This document shows, piece by piece, positions 41,744 through 54,374 of a stretch of DNA of 64,000 nucleotides. Numbering within the stretch: the first letter of the stretch is position 1; each line of letters starts with the position of its first letter. The DNA comes from Octopus vulgaris. Its lineage: Eukaryota. Made by a program: the position numbers and the translations under genes. The notes under the pieces are model-generated. The model had not been told where the DNA came from. It worked only from the letters and a program-made list of their open reading frames with translations, and did not search any database. The stretch is from NCBI GenBank assembly GCA_951406725.2, contig OX597825.1, forward strand, positions 65,410,001 through 65,474,000, written 5' to 3'.

Positions 41744-42093
41744 TTATAATAATAATAATTATAATTATAATAATAATAATAAAAATTATAATAATAATAA
41801 TTATAATTATAATAATAATAATAATAATATTAATAGCAATAATAATAATAATTTTTACTATACTCACAAGGCCTCAAAATTTTTAGGGAAGAGGCAGGCC
41901 AACTACATCGACTCCCCCCCCCCCCAGTACTTGACTGGTACTTATTTTATCGACCCCAAAAGAATGAAAGGTAAAACATCGACCACGGCAAAAAGCGTTC
42001 TGAAAAGTTGAACTCAGAATGAAAGATGGACCAAATGTTGCTAAAACATTTTGCCCAGCGTACTAACGATTCGGCCAGCTCACTGCCTTATAG

Positions 42094-42157
<64 letters not shown>

Positions 42158-42389
42158 CAATAAAAATCATTTCTACTATAGGCACAAAGCCTAAAATTTT
42201 GGGGGAGGTGTTAAATCGATTACATCGAACCCAGTGCGTAACTGGTAACTACTTTATCGACCCCGAAAAAATAAAAAGCAAAAGTCGACTTCGGCGGAAT
42301 TTGAACTAGGAACGTAAGGACTGCCGAAATGCCGCTAAACATTTTGCTCGGCTTGTTAACGATTCCGTCAGCTTAGAGCCTTATGAATA

Positions 42390-42453
<64 letters not shown>

Positions 42454-42483
42454 TGATGATAACAACAACGACAACAACAATGG

Positions 42484-42518
<35 letters not shown>

Positions 42519-42799
42519 GTGATGGTGATGATGATGATGACAGCTACAACCTTAATATTTTGGAGTCGTAGTTGTCTAGCAAGTGATTCGATCTGAGACC
42601 ATCTGTTGAACGAAACTAAATTTTATCATGAGTGCAAAATTTTCGACACACATCTGCGACCTTACACTTTTACATGTAAGTTTATGTGTTGTGGGGGTGG
42701 GGAGCGTATGCATGTTTATATAAAATTTAAGAAATCACATGTTCATTCACAGAAGCGACGAGAATTTTCTAATCATCTAAGACTGATTGCTGATGTGTT

Positions 42800-42948
42800 C
42801 GGTGAGGTAAGAAGCTTACTTCCCAACCACATGCTTCCGGGGTCAGTCTCACTGCGTGGAACTTTGAGTGTTTTCTACTATGGCTTCGGGCCGACCAAAG
42901 CCTTGTGAGTGGATTTGGTAGACGGAAACTGAAAGAAGCCTGTCATGT

Positions 42949-42980
<32 letters not shown>

Positions 42981-43170
42981 ACATATCTGTGCGTCTGTGT
43001 TTGTCCCCCACCACCGCTTGACAGCTGATGCTGGTGTACTTACGTTCGGCAAAAGAGACCGATATTATAAGCACTAGGTTTACAAAGAATAAGTACTGGG
43101 GGTCGATTTGTTTGACAAAAAGGCGGCGCTCCAGCATGGCCGCAGTCAAATGACTGAAACACGTAGAAGA
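42800..43170 (+). mobile_element. SINE family A
   Basis: gccttgtgagtggatttggtagacggaaactgaaagaagcc core and ccagcatggccgcagtcaaatgactgaaac tail. Confidence 0.8.
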
Positions 43171-43374
43171 ATAAACGAATAAAGTGAAGAGGAGTCGCGC
43201 ACCATCAACCTCACTCTCTCGTCCGTGAGCATCTTCAGTCCGGTGGTAAGAGCAGGTCAGGACGATTGGGCGTGGAGACGGATGCAGTGGACGACCAAGA
43301 TGAGATACGTTATTCATCTGGGTCCCTGCAGCCCACAATGCATTGCTGCAGCAGTTTTGAACCTCTCTTTGCTC

Positions 43375-43836
43375 TCTTTTACTCTTTTACTTGTTTCAGT
43401 CATTTGACTGCGACAATGCTGGAGCACCGCCTTTAGTCGAGCAAATCGACTCCAGGACTTGTTTCAGTCACTTGACTGTGGCCATGCTGGAGCAGCACCT
43501 TTTTTAGTCGAGCAAATCGACCCCAGGACTTATTATTTGTAAGCCTAGTACTTATTCTATCGGTGTCTTTTGCCGAACCGCTAAGTTACGGGAACGTAAC
43601 CAGCATCGATTGTCAAGCGATGTTGGGTGGACAAACACAGACACACAAACATATACACATATATACATATATACGACGGGCTTCTTTCAGTTTCCGACTA
43701 CCAAATCCACTCACAAGGCTTCGGTCTGCCCGAGGCTATAGTAGAAGAAACTTGCCGAAGGTTCCACGCAATGCGAATGAACCCGGAACCATGTGGTTGG
43801 TTAGCAAGCTACCTACCACACAGCCACTCCTGCGCC
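43375..43836 (-). mobile_element. SINE family A with duplicated 3' end
   Basis: Reverse complement of family A; tail segment repeated at about 43390 and 43460. Confidence 0.8.
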
Positions 43837-44463
43837 CTGAAGGTTTCTTCCGTCGAAGCATGTTTGTTCTGCAGAGTCTGCCTGACCCAGTCTTCCCGTG
43901 CGTAACTAGGAAAGCCCTAATATCCTAATTAACCCGTACCTTAGAACATGTCAGTTGTTGAAACGCGGGTCAAAACTGACCTGGGAATAACAATGACTAA
44001 GATGTGGGTCCACTTTCCTCGAAGCGCTAGAACTCCCGATCCAGGTCATCGTTACCGAAATTTAAAATGAATTTAACAGCTTTGTGTATTTTTAAATATT
44101 TAGAATGAATCTTCCATAACAATAACGATATTAATTTTCCTAAACATTAACAAACTTTTCTTTATTGGCCTGACATAAAATGCAATGTATATAATAATAT
44201 CAAAAATTTATTATTACTATTATCATTATTACTATTATCTCATATATTTCATATACGCACGACAGATTAAACTGTTGGAAAAGAGAAAATCCTAACATCG
44301 GGCTGCAAAACATAACCTTACATACCAAGAACCCTCCTAAGTACTTTAGCTGTCCATAATAACACTGTTTTCTGCCTATTTCCTCTTTCCATCAGTTCAA
44401 ATTTTTAGCCATGATTCCCAATGATTACTGTGGTACATTTTACCCGCACATAATAATAATAAT

Positions 44464-44527
<64 letters not shown>

Positions 44528-44575
44528 GTGGCTGTTATTATTATTATTATTATTATTATCATTATTATTATTATT

Positions 44576-45122
44576 GAGTGAGAGAGCAGTGCATGCCATC
44601 AAAGTGACACGGGTAAAATATACGAAGCCCAGTATACCCATCATGACTACCCGTCTAATAAGGGTACACCACGCACATGCATCACAACAACATGTGCGCG
44701 ACATGGTGATCTCATATCAAGATAAACAGCACATGACCTTGTAGGTGGGGCCCAGTTAGAATTTTCTTCTGGTCGAGTAGCCCATCCCACTCAAAAGGTC
44801 CCTGAATAAGGATTGTTTAAGGATGTTGAATGAACCACCCATGTTTCCAAAGGTGAATTATCCAAACCTCCAAGAATTCCTTTCAACACATGGCTATGAT
44901 GCTCCCCCACTGCTTTTGCTTGTGATTAGAGATGCACATTTCGTCAGCCACTAAGGAACATGCTCAACTGGTTATGGTCAAACAACTGATGAGTAAATCT
45001 GGGGTATTGAGCAGAATATTTGCTGTAGCCCATCTTTTATACCAAGACAAAACAATGTACATAATAACACTTCCAATCAGTTAAGATCAGAAGCCACGAG
45101 AGCCACTGCCTTGTACTGCATC
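44576..45122. mobile_element. Unclassified 550-bp insertion inside a (TTA)n tract
   Basis: Complex, GC-richer sequence bounded on both sides by (TTA)n; no long ORF. Confidence 0.5.
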
Positions 45123-45179
<57 letters not shown>

Positions 45180-45416
45180 CATTATTATTATATTGGTGAT
45201 GAAAAAATTTGAATAGTAACGGGAAAAATTACTTTTAAATTTCTAAGTTCAAAACCTATCAAAAATCAAATTTGCTTTGCAATCTTTCGGGACAAAATCT
45301 TCCTATCAAGTACTGGGACCGATATGTTAAGCTCTACCTATTTCCTTAAAGATGAGGCTCCATCATCATTATTATTTTCATTATTATTTTCATTATTGTC
45401 ATTCTTCTTATAATTA

Positions 45417-45480
<64 letters not shown>

Positions 45481-45886
45481 TATTATTAGTTTGCTTTAAT
45501 TTTCTTTTGGTTTCCTTTGTTTACTAATGATTTTCCTTGTTTAATACAATCCGTCTATCTATGGGCATACTCCGCTGTACTGTATGCTGCAAGGCAGATG
45601 GCGGATAGTGGAGAGCAGACTAGGTGAAATCTCAGGTGACAACAGCCATTATATATATATTTCCTTCCTCGTACATTCAATCACCTTTGTTACAAATCTA
45701 TTTGGAAAGGCATGAATTTCACAACATCACTATCAGAACGTCACAACATCCTATACATCGTATCACCTAATAGAGATCCACATTTTCTTACCAACCGAAT
45801 TTGTTCACTTATATTGCTGCTTAATTCATTTCATAACAACATTATATATATATATATTTGTATGTATGCATATATATATATATATT

Positions 45887-45965
<79 letters not shown>

Positions 45966-46401
45966 GGGGAGAGAGAGAGAGAGATACATTCATACATATA
46001 TATTGGTTTTTGGATAAATTTTATTACGTACTATAATTATCAATAATTTTACTACTACTGCTATTACTGCTGTTGTTATTACAGTTAATATTACTAGTTG
46101 CCATGTGTGCGTGTGATAAAGTTATTATTAGGTATGTAAATGATTTATTTTCGTGTTATCTGTACGAAAACGATACAGCTAAATTACCAACCTACGTAAC
46201 ATATCAATGTCATTACGTGTGTGTATACATATAATATATATATAATGCATCCAAATATGAATACATTTATTTGTATACACACACATATATATATATATAT
46301 ACATTGATACATATAAATATGTATACACTTATATATACATATATATATATACTTATATATACATATATACATGTTTATTATGCATGTAATATATGTATAT
46401 A

Positions 46402-46453
<52 letters not shown>

Positions 46454-47376
46454 CACACACATTTGATATATATCTTTATATGTATATATATATATATATA
46501 TACACACACATTTGATATATATTTTTATATACATGTATATGTATATATACATACATATATTGTATTATATCATATTATATTACATTATATTATATCATAT
46601 TATGCTATAATTTTTGTATGTGTGCGAGCACGTGAACCTTAGATGCGTGGTGATGAGCACGGCTTAATTTTGTTTCCTTCCATACATTAACATGCCTGCT
46701 CCACACATACGTACGCCCACAAACAAGCATACACATACACACACATACACATATAATAAGTAAACATAAATATAGATTAGTAGATAGATCAATATATGTT
46801 TGCATGAATACATGTATATGTGTACGGACGTATACACGAATGTGCATGAATTCATATATTCATATTGATGCAAGGACGTCGTATCTTAGATGGGCTTTTA
46901 GCGTTGTTGCCTATGATTTGAAATTCATGTTGATAACAAAAATATTTTCCAATCCATTATCGCAAAAAATATCTCGATTGCATTTTTATTTTTATATGGA
47001 ATTGATGTAGCTGTCTCTGTAGTATTTCAATGCCATGCTATGTTGACTTAGCTTCCTTTAAGTTAGAATTTCAAACCTCACGAGGTCCACTTTAAATTTT
47101 ATGCTTCCGTGATACCTGAAATAATTACTGAATATATATTACTATTCCATCGGTATCAGTCATTGCTCTGTGGCCATACTGGAGCACCGCTTTCAAAGGT
47201 TTTATTGAAGTCACAGAGAGCTCTCTTACTTAGTCGGTTGCTTGTTTCGTTGATCTCCCATGCTTAAAATTTATGTATGTAAATGCCCCATAGTGCTAAT
47301 GGTTTATGAAAATTCACACTCAGACACGCACATGCAAACAAACGTATACATACATGCACACACACACACACACACA

Positions 47377-47429
<53 letters not shown>

Positions 47430-47631
47430 TAGGGAGTGTTGACAATTTCCTGGTTTTAAGGGTATTTCGAAAGGCTTACAGTGAATGTCCGACCTTCCGA
47501 ATTTAGAAAAACTGAAGGACCACTGCAATAAGTGTTGTGAATCTGAGAGTGGAATATATTGAATAAGATCATAATTAACTGATCCACCAGTATTTGTTTG
47601 CCCAAAGCCAGGAACTTTCCGACACCCCATC
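47430..47631 (+). mobile_element. Mariner-derived MITE
   Basis: Imperfect TIRs (GGGAGTGTTGACAATTTCCTGG / CCAGGAACTTTCCGACACCCC); remnant resembling a Mariner C-terminus (KLKDHCNKC...EYIE*); sits in (TA)n. Confidence 0.6.
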
Positions 47632-47751
<120 letters not shown>

Positions 47752-49203
47752 TCGATTGTTTCTCTTCAAGTGTAGAATTGTTAAAATACTTTAAAAATTG
47801 TGGACAGGGAGAGAAAAATTTATATATATATATATATATATTATGTATGTATGTATGTATGTATGTATGTATGCATGAATGCATGCATGTATGTATATAT
47901 TTGTAGAAGCCAACATATTTCACACTTACAGAGAGGGAGCTTCTCCAACATCTTTCATTATTATTATTATCATTCACATTATTATTTTTTTTTGCACTTC
48001 TGTACGCCTCTAAAACACTTTTCCACCTCCACTGGCTTCTTTATCCATACACACGCCCCCACACACATACGTAACTCCGCTAAACGTACACACACACTTT
48101 CTCATACCAATTCCATGACACCTTTTCTCACACATACACATATACTAATAGTTACATACACCTCGGCACGTGCACACCACACTAACCCATTTTCACATCA
48201 ACATATTTCTGTACACCAACACAGACGCCTTCATGATGTTCCTCTATCCTACTTTCCGAAACTCAGAGCCCCTGAGAGATGTTTGTACGCCCCTTTATCA
48301 TTATTTATTCCTGAGTTCTCCCCAACGGCACTCGCCCAGGGTTTTCAAGTCCCCCCTCTCTCCTCAAATGTCCCCTTCTACCAATTAATGATTTTTTATT
48401 TTTTAAATTACTTTTCAATACATGCATTATTTCTCTTCTTTCACTGCAATACTATCACTCTCTCACACACACTCTCACTACCTCTCCATATCTCTCTCAG
48501 TCTCTCCATCTCTCTTTCTCTCTCTCTCTCTCTCTCACTCACTATATATATATATATATATATATATCTTTCCTTCTGGTGAAGAACTAATATCAGAAAC
48601 GTCAATCAAACTATTTCAACATTACAAGTACTAAAATGATAACATATTTTTCATACCTTGCCATTTGTGTGTTGTATTTGAATTTATTTTATTTATTTAT
48701 TTTTTTTGTTACTTTACATTATATGATATAATATAATATAATATAATAGCTGGCTCCACGGATATTATTACATATCACAAGAACATTCAGCTCTGAGTGC
48801 AACTTTCTTATAGCAGAATCAGCCGCAGACTTTGTATTAACCTGATGACATACTGTAAAGAACAAGAATATTGACTTCTAATAACTGGTTATTTGAAATA
48901 TATGCCAATATTTCATCATATAATATATACGCAAGCATACATACATCCATATATACGGTGTTTGTTGAGCGCTTTCGTTTCTGTCCATATGTACTGGGTT
49001 TCTAGTGGGTACATATATGTATATAAACGCATATATTAATATATGTGTGTGTCTCTGTATGTGTGCGTGCGTGTATGTGCATGTATGTATGTGTATATAT
49101 ATATAGAGAGAGAGATAGGGAGAATTCACGAAAAAAACAAAAGACGAAGACAGGTGGAGTACAAAACAGATGTATTAGTATAACGCTCAGGGATTGAATA
49201 AAT

Positions 49204-49239
49204 CTTTTACGTTTCGAGCCCACGCTCTTCCACAGAAAG
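49204..49239 (-). ncRNA. Minimal hammerhead-like motif with A6U variant core
   Basis: Minus strand CTTT-CTGTGGA-A-GAGC-gtgg-GCTC-GAAAC-GTA-AAAG. Confidence 0.55.
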
Positions 49240-49795
49240 GAACACAGAAAGAAACAAAGAAAGAAAAAATGTGTGTAGTGGCTACCGATCTATCATGTAT
49301 ATGTGTGTGTGTATCCAAATGAAACATGAATTAGTGTATAGAGTGCATTTAAGCGAATCTAGATTGTAGTATTTTTCCTCAAAATATCTGGGCATCTGCT
49401 TCCGATAGAAATCAAACCATTATTTATTCACACATAACAATAATTTATTTGTTTGTGTTAATAGTTTGGTTTAATTTTCTTTTTGTTTTGTTTCAATTTT
49501 AATTACAAACTGTACATCTTCCCTTTGAAAATGAAAGCCTCTATATAACTTAGTATGTGGTCTACTTCGCTAATTGTCTACGTGTTGTTGCCTAAGAAAG
49601 ACTTTCTTCAAAGAATTAATACCAATAATCGTTGAATCACCTCACACTTCTTTCTCTTTTCTTTACAACTCGCTTCTCTTTTCTTTCTTCACTATCTCAT
49701 AACTTCCAATTCGCTCCATCGCTTTGACTTTTTTAATCATTTAGTCACTGTCCATCCGTCCTTTTGTTCTTTATTCCATGCCACTCCTATTTTAG

Positions 49796-49863
49796 AAAAG
49801 ACAGTGTTTACTTCTACCAGTCACTCAATAGACGATATGCCCATTGCTTCAGAACACGAATAG
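49796..49863 (+). CDS. Candidate terminal coding exon (EKTVFTSTSHSIDDMPIASEHE*)
   Basis: Long pyrimidine-rich tract (about 49640-49795) ending ctcctattttag|. Phase 1, in frame with the Ig2 exon to TAG; AATAAA at 49966-49971. Confidence 0.5.
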
Positions 49864-50306
49864 ACGAATTTTTGTCAGCAACGAACTGATCTATTATCTG
49901 AGTTAATCATGCGTGACAGATTGGTGTTCTTCCCTTAATTGGAAAATTCGCTGCAAATTTGCATGAATAAACGACTCTGTTAAACATTTTTAAAGATAGC
50001 TTTGAGGAGTAGTCATGATTTTCTTGCATGTTCTTCCCAGACCAGGCTCTTTTGATCTCTCAAAATCGTGAGGAAACGAATATGTGATAATTATCCACCT
50101 GTAGCCAGCTTAAAATTAAAAAAAAGCAAAATCAAATAACTATATGACTTACTGCGTATATATATACATATATAAATATATAAAGCAGTGAATGACACTA
50201 AACGAGAAATATAAAAAATTCTCTTCATGGAAAATATCAAAAGAACAACTAAACGTTTAACTGCATATATAAATACACGCACACACACTCATGATGCACA
50301 CATGTT

Positions 50307-50343
<37 letters not shown>

Positions 50344-50431
50344 TATGTAAATATTCATATATCACTGCGATCTGCGATATATATAGCCAGCTGGCTATAT
50401 ACATGGATATTTAAGTACATATACAAACACG

Positions 50432-50462
<31 letters not shown>

Positions 50463-51271
50463 GCATACATACGAACATATGATGTAGACATACACATACG
50501 TACACACCCATATACAAACGCGCACATACGTACATATATTTGCATACACACATATATACATGCATACGCACACATATATACATGCATATTATAAGCTGAA
50601 AGTGTTTTCATAATAATCCTGAGTTTCATGTTATCGATTATTTAAATGATTCAAGTACATAAGCTGCGTGACACTATCTAAGCAAAAATATTCTCAAACA
50701 CATCAAAATGGGATTATATAAATATTTAATGGGTTGCTACAAATGTTAGAAAATGTGTCTCACAGTAATCTTTACAATCGATAGGTTGCTTTAATGTTGT
50801 GGATTCTCCTTCAAAATACCTCATCTGAAAAATCTGAATAGCAAAATTATCCCTAATAAATTTCTTCGGAGCCTTCTTGACTCTTGTGTGATTATAGAAG
50901 GCTTTGCTAAAGATGTTTATATATAGGAGACCAGCAGTGGAAACTTGCATTCAAGTTTCCCTTCTCTATGCAATCACGGCTACACAAGAGAACAGCTGTA
51001 GCGTATAGCACTTGAAAGTACATCTGTTGTACAAACGAAACGGGTGTTGTACGACTCCTTTACAATTGTTCGATGCTGTAACAATTGCACCGTTCAATGA
51101 TTCTGAGCTGATAGTTTATTTCACGTTTCCGTAAAGATATAAGGTAAATCCATCTTTGCAGGATTTGATCTAAGAGCGAAGATGTTAGGGAAAATGCCAT
51201 AATATATTCTATCTGACACTTCAAAACGATTCTGCCAGTTCAACATCAAGAAATATACTTAAATACATACA

Positions 51272-51313
<42 letters not shown>

Positions 51314-52195
51314 AGGAGCGTGGCTTAGTGGTTAGAGTGTCAGCATCATGATCGTAAGATTGTGGTTTCGATTCCTGGACCGGGCGACGTGTTGTGTTCT
51401 TGAGCAAAACACTTCATTTCACGTTGCTCCAGTCCACTCAGCTGACAAAAATGAGTAACGCTGCGATGGACTGGCATCCCGCCCAGCTTGGTAACACATA
51501 TGCCATTGAAACTTGGAAACGGGGCCCATGAGCCTGGCTAGGCTTTAAAAGGGCGCCTGTATGGCAAGAAGTTTGCTTCCCAATCACGTAGTTCCAGGTT
51601 CAGTCCCACTGCATGGTACCTTGGGCAAATGTCTTCTACTATAGCTTCGGGCCGACTAAAGCCTCGTGAGTGGATTCGGTAGACGGAAACTGAAAGAAGC
51701 CCGCCGCATATGTGTGTCTGCGTGTCTTTGTATCTGTTTTTGTTTCCCCACTACCGCTTGACAACCGGTGCTGGCGTGTTTCCGTCCCCGTAACTTAGTG
51801 GTTCGATAGAATAAGTACCAGGCTTTCAAACAAGAAGTAAGAACTAAGGTCGATTCATTTGACTAAAAGTTCTGAAACAAAAGATGAAAGAAAAAAGATA
51901 CATACATACATACATCTGTGTGTCTAGCTGTGTCGTTAATTATAGCATTACCAAAGCGACTAGAGAATATCTAGTCATAAAACTAATCTACAATTTATTA
52001 TATGTAATAATTTGCTTCTTTTAAGCTAATCCCAATACAGTATAATATATTTATACTTTAGAGAGTCATTCGCAATAAAGATGTGGGGAGTGTGTCTATA
52101 TTATGGTTAGGAATTATGCAGAATTTGATTAATATACAGTAGTAAATATTTCAAATATTCGTTTCTCTCTCTCTCTCTCACTCACAATCTCTCAT

Positions 52196-52281
<86 letters not shown>

Positions 52282-52410
52282 CATCTATCTCTATCTCTAT
52301 CTGTTTATTTTTCTGTCTGTCCGTCTATTAGTCTGTTTTTCCATGTCTGTCCCTTTCCTTCTATGGTCATCTATGTATGTATATTTGTGTGTGTGTACAT
52401 ATATGTATGT

Positions 52411-52447
<37 letters not shown>

Positions 52448-52605
52448 CAGGGCTCATCTTTTGACCAAGGGAACACACGTGCAAACGGCAACTGGTTAAA
52501 ATGGATATAAAGTCCTACAGCCATCATAGATAAACCATCGATAGCATCGTAGGACTTCAACCACCTTCAGATGAAAATGGCAGAATAAAACATACATACA
52601 TACAT

Positions 52606-52678
<73 letters not shown>

Positions 52679-53162
52679 CACATAAATGTGAAACAAGTTG
52701 GGAAAACATAGTACTCGAATACAGGAGGTAGAGTGATATGCTTCATTATTATCAAGGTTGTGAGGCGGCGAGCTGGCAGAATCATTAGCACGCCAGGCAA
52801 AATGCTTAGCAGTATTTCGTCTGTCGTTACGTTGTGAGTTCAAATTCCGCCGAGGTCGACGTTGCCTTTCATCCTTTCGGGGGTCGATAAATTAAGTACC
52901 AGTTACGCACTGGGGTCGATGTAATCGACTTAATACCTATGTCTGTCCTTGTTTGTCCCTTCTGTGTTTAACCCCTTGTGGGTAATAAAGAAATAGGTAT
53001 TTCGAATGCTGCTGTGATCTGTGTTCAAATTCCGCCGAGCTTGACTTTACATTTCATCCTTTTTGGAGTCGATTAAATAAGTACTATTTACGCACTGGGG
53101 CCGCGAAAATTTCAGGCATTGTGCCTACAATAGAAATGATTATTATTAAGGCTGCAAAAAAG

Positions 53163-53200
53163 CTGCTACTCAGAGTTTCACTTTCCTGTTCATCAGACAG
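53163..53200 (-). ncRNA. Minimal type I hammerhead motif
   Basis: Minus strand CTGT-CTGATGA-AC-aggaaa-GT-GAAAC-TCTGA-GTA-GCAG. Confidence 0.65.
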
Positions 53201-53265
53201 TTTTTAGATTGAGAAAGGAAACAAAATAATATCTATATGTATGAAATATACAATCTACGTATATA

Positions 53266-53667
53266 GGCGCAGGAGTGGCTGTGTGGTAAGTAGCTTGCTA
53301 ACCAACCACATGGTTCCGGGTTCAGTCCCACTGCGTGGCACCTTGGGCGAGTGTCTTCTACTACAGCCTCGGGCCGACCAATGCCTTGTGAGTGGATTTG
53401 GTAGACGGAAACTGAAAGAAGCCCGTCGTATATATGTATATATATATATGTATGTGTATGTGTCTGTGTTTGTCCCCCTAGCATTGCTTGACAACCGATG
53501 CTGGTGTGTTTATGTCCCCGTTACTTAGCGGTTCGGCAAAAGAGATCGATAGATTAAGTACTGGGCTTACAAAAGAATAAGTCCTGGGGGCCGAGTTGCT
53601 CGATTAAAGGCGGTGCTCCAGCATGGCCGCAGTCAAATGACTGAAACAAGTAAAAGAGTAAAAGAGT
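53266..53667 (+). mobile_element. SINE family A, full length
   Basis: ggcgcaggagtggctgtgtggtaag head through the (gtaaaaga)n tail. Confidence 0.88.
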
Positions 53668-53986
53668 AAACCATCAATAGCATCGTAGGACTTCAACCAC
53701 CCTCAGATGAAAATGGCAGAATACATACATACATACATACATATAAATATATATATATATATAAGCACATAAATGTGAAACAAGTTGGGAAAGCATAGTA
53801 CTCGAATACAGGAGGTAGAGTGATATGCTTCATTATTATCAAGGTTGTGAGGCGGCGAGCTGGCAGAATCATTAGCACGCCAGGCAAAATGCTTAGCAGT
53901 ATTTCGAATGCTGCTGCGATCTGTGTTCAAATTCCGCGGCGGTTGACTTTACATTTCATCCTTTCGGAGTCGATTAAATAAGTACC

Positions 53987-54220
53987 TATTTCTTTATTAC
54001 CCACAAGGGGCTAAACACAGAGAGAACAAACAAGGACAGACATAGGTATTAAGTCGATTCCATCGACCCCAGTGCGTAACTGGTACTTAATTTATCGACC
54101 CCGAAAGGATGAAAGGCAAAGTCGACCTCGGCGGAATTTGAACTCACAACGTAACGCAGACGAAATACCGCTAAGCATTTCGCCCGGCGTGCTAACGTTT
54201 CTGCCAGCTCGCCGCCTTTA
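53987..54220 (-). mobile_element. SINE family C (Meta/MESC-like core), young copy
   Basis: 15-bp TSD gattaaataagtacc / gattgaataagtacc; gcctttcatcctttcggggtcgataaattaagtaccag core. Other copies near 2335(+), 9550(-), 22727(-), 27275(+), 32366(-), 37764(+), 38007(+), 39258(+), 41862(-), 42170(-), 52762(+). Confidence 0.88.
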
Positions 54221-54336
54221 GATTGAATAAGTACCATTTACGCACAGGAGCCGCTGTTATCGACTCACACCCTCCCCCGAAAATTTCAGGCTTTGTGCCT
54301 ACAATAGAAATGATTATTATTAAAGCTGCAAAAAAG

Positions 54337-54374
54337 CCGCTACTCAGAGTTTCACTTTCCTGTTTATCGGACAG
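54337..54374 (-). ncRNA. Degenerate paralog of the 53163 hammerhead
   Basis: Same motif within the tandem duplication, core mutated to CCGATAA. Confidence 0.5.

Noticed and set aside
47800-48582. Longest ORF (260 aa)
   Set aside because: Starts and ends in microsatellites; CA/CT-rich with no protein motif.
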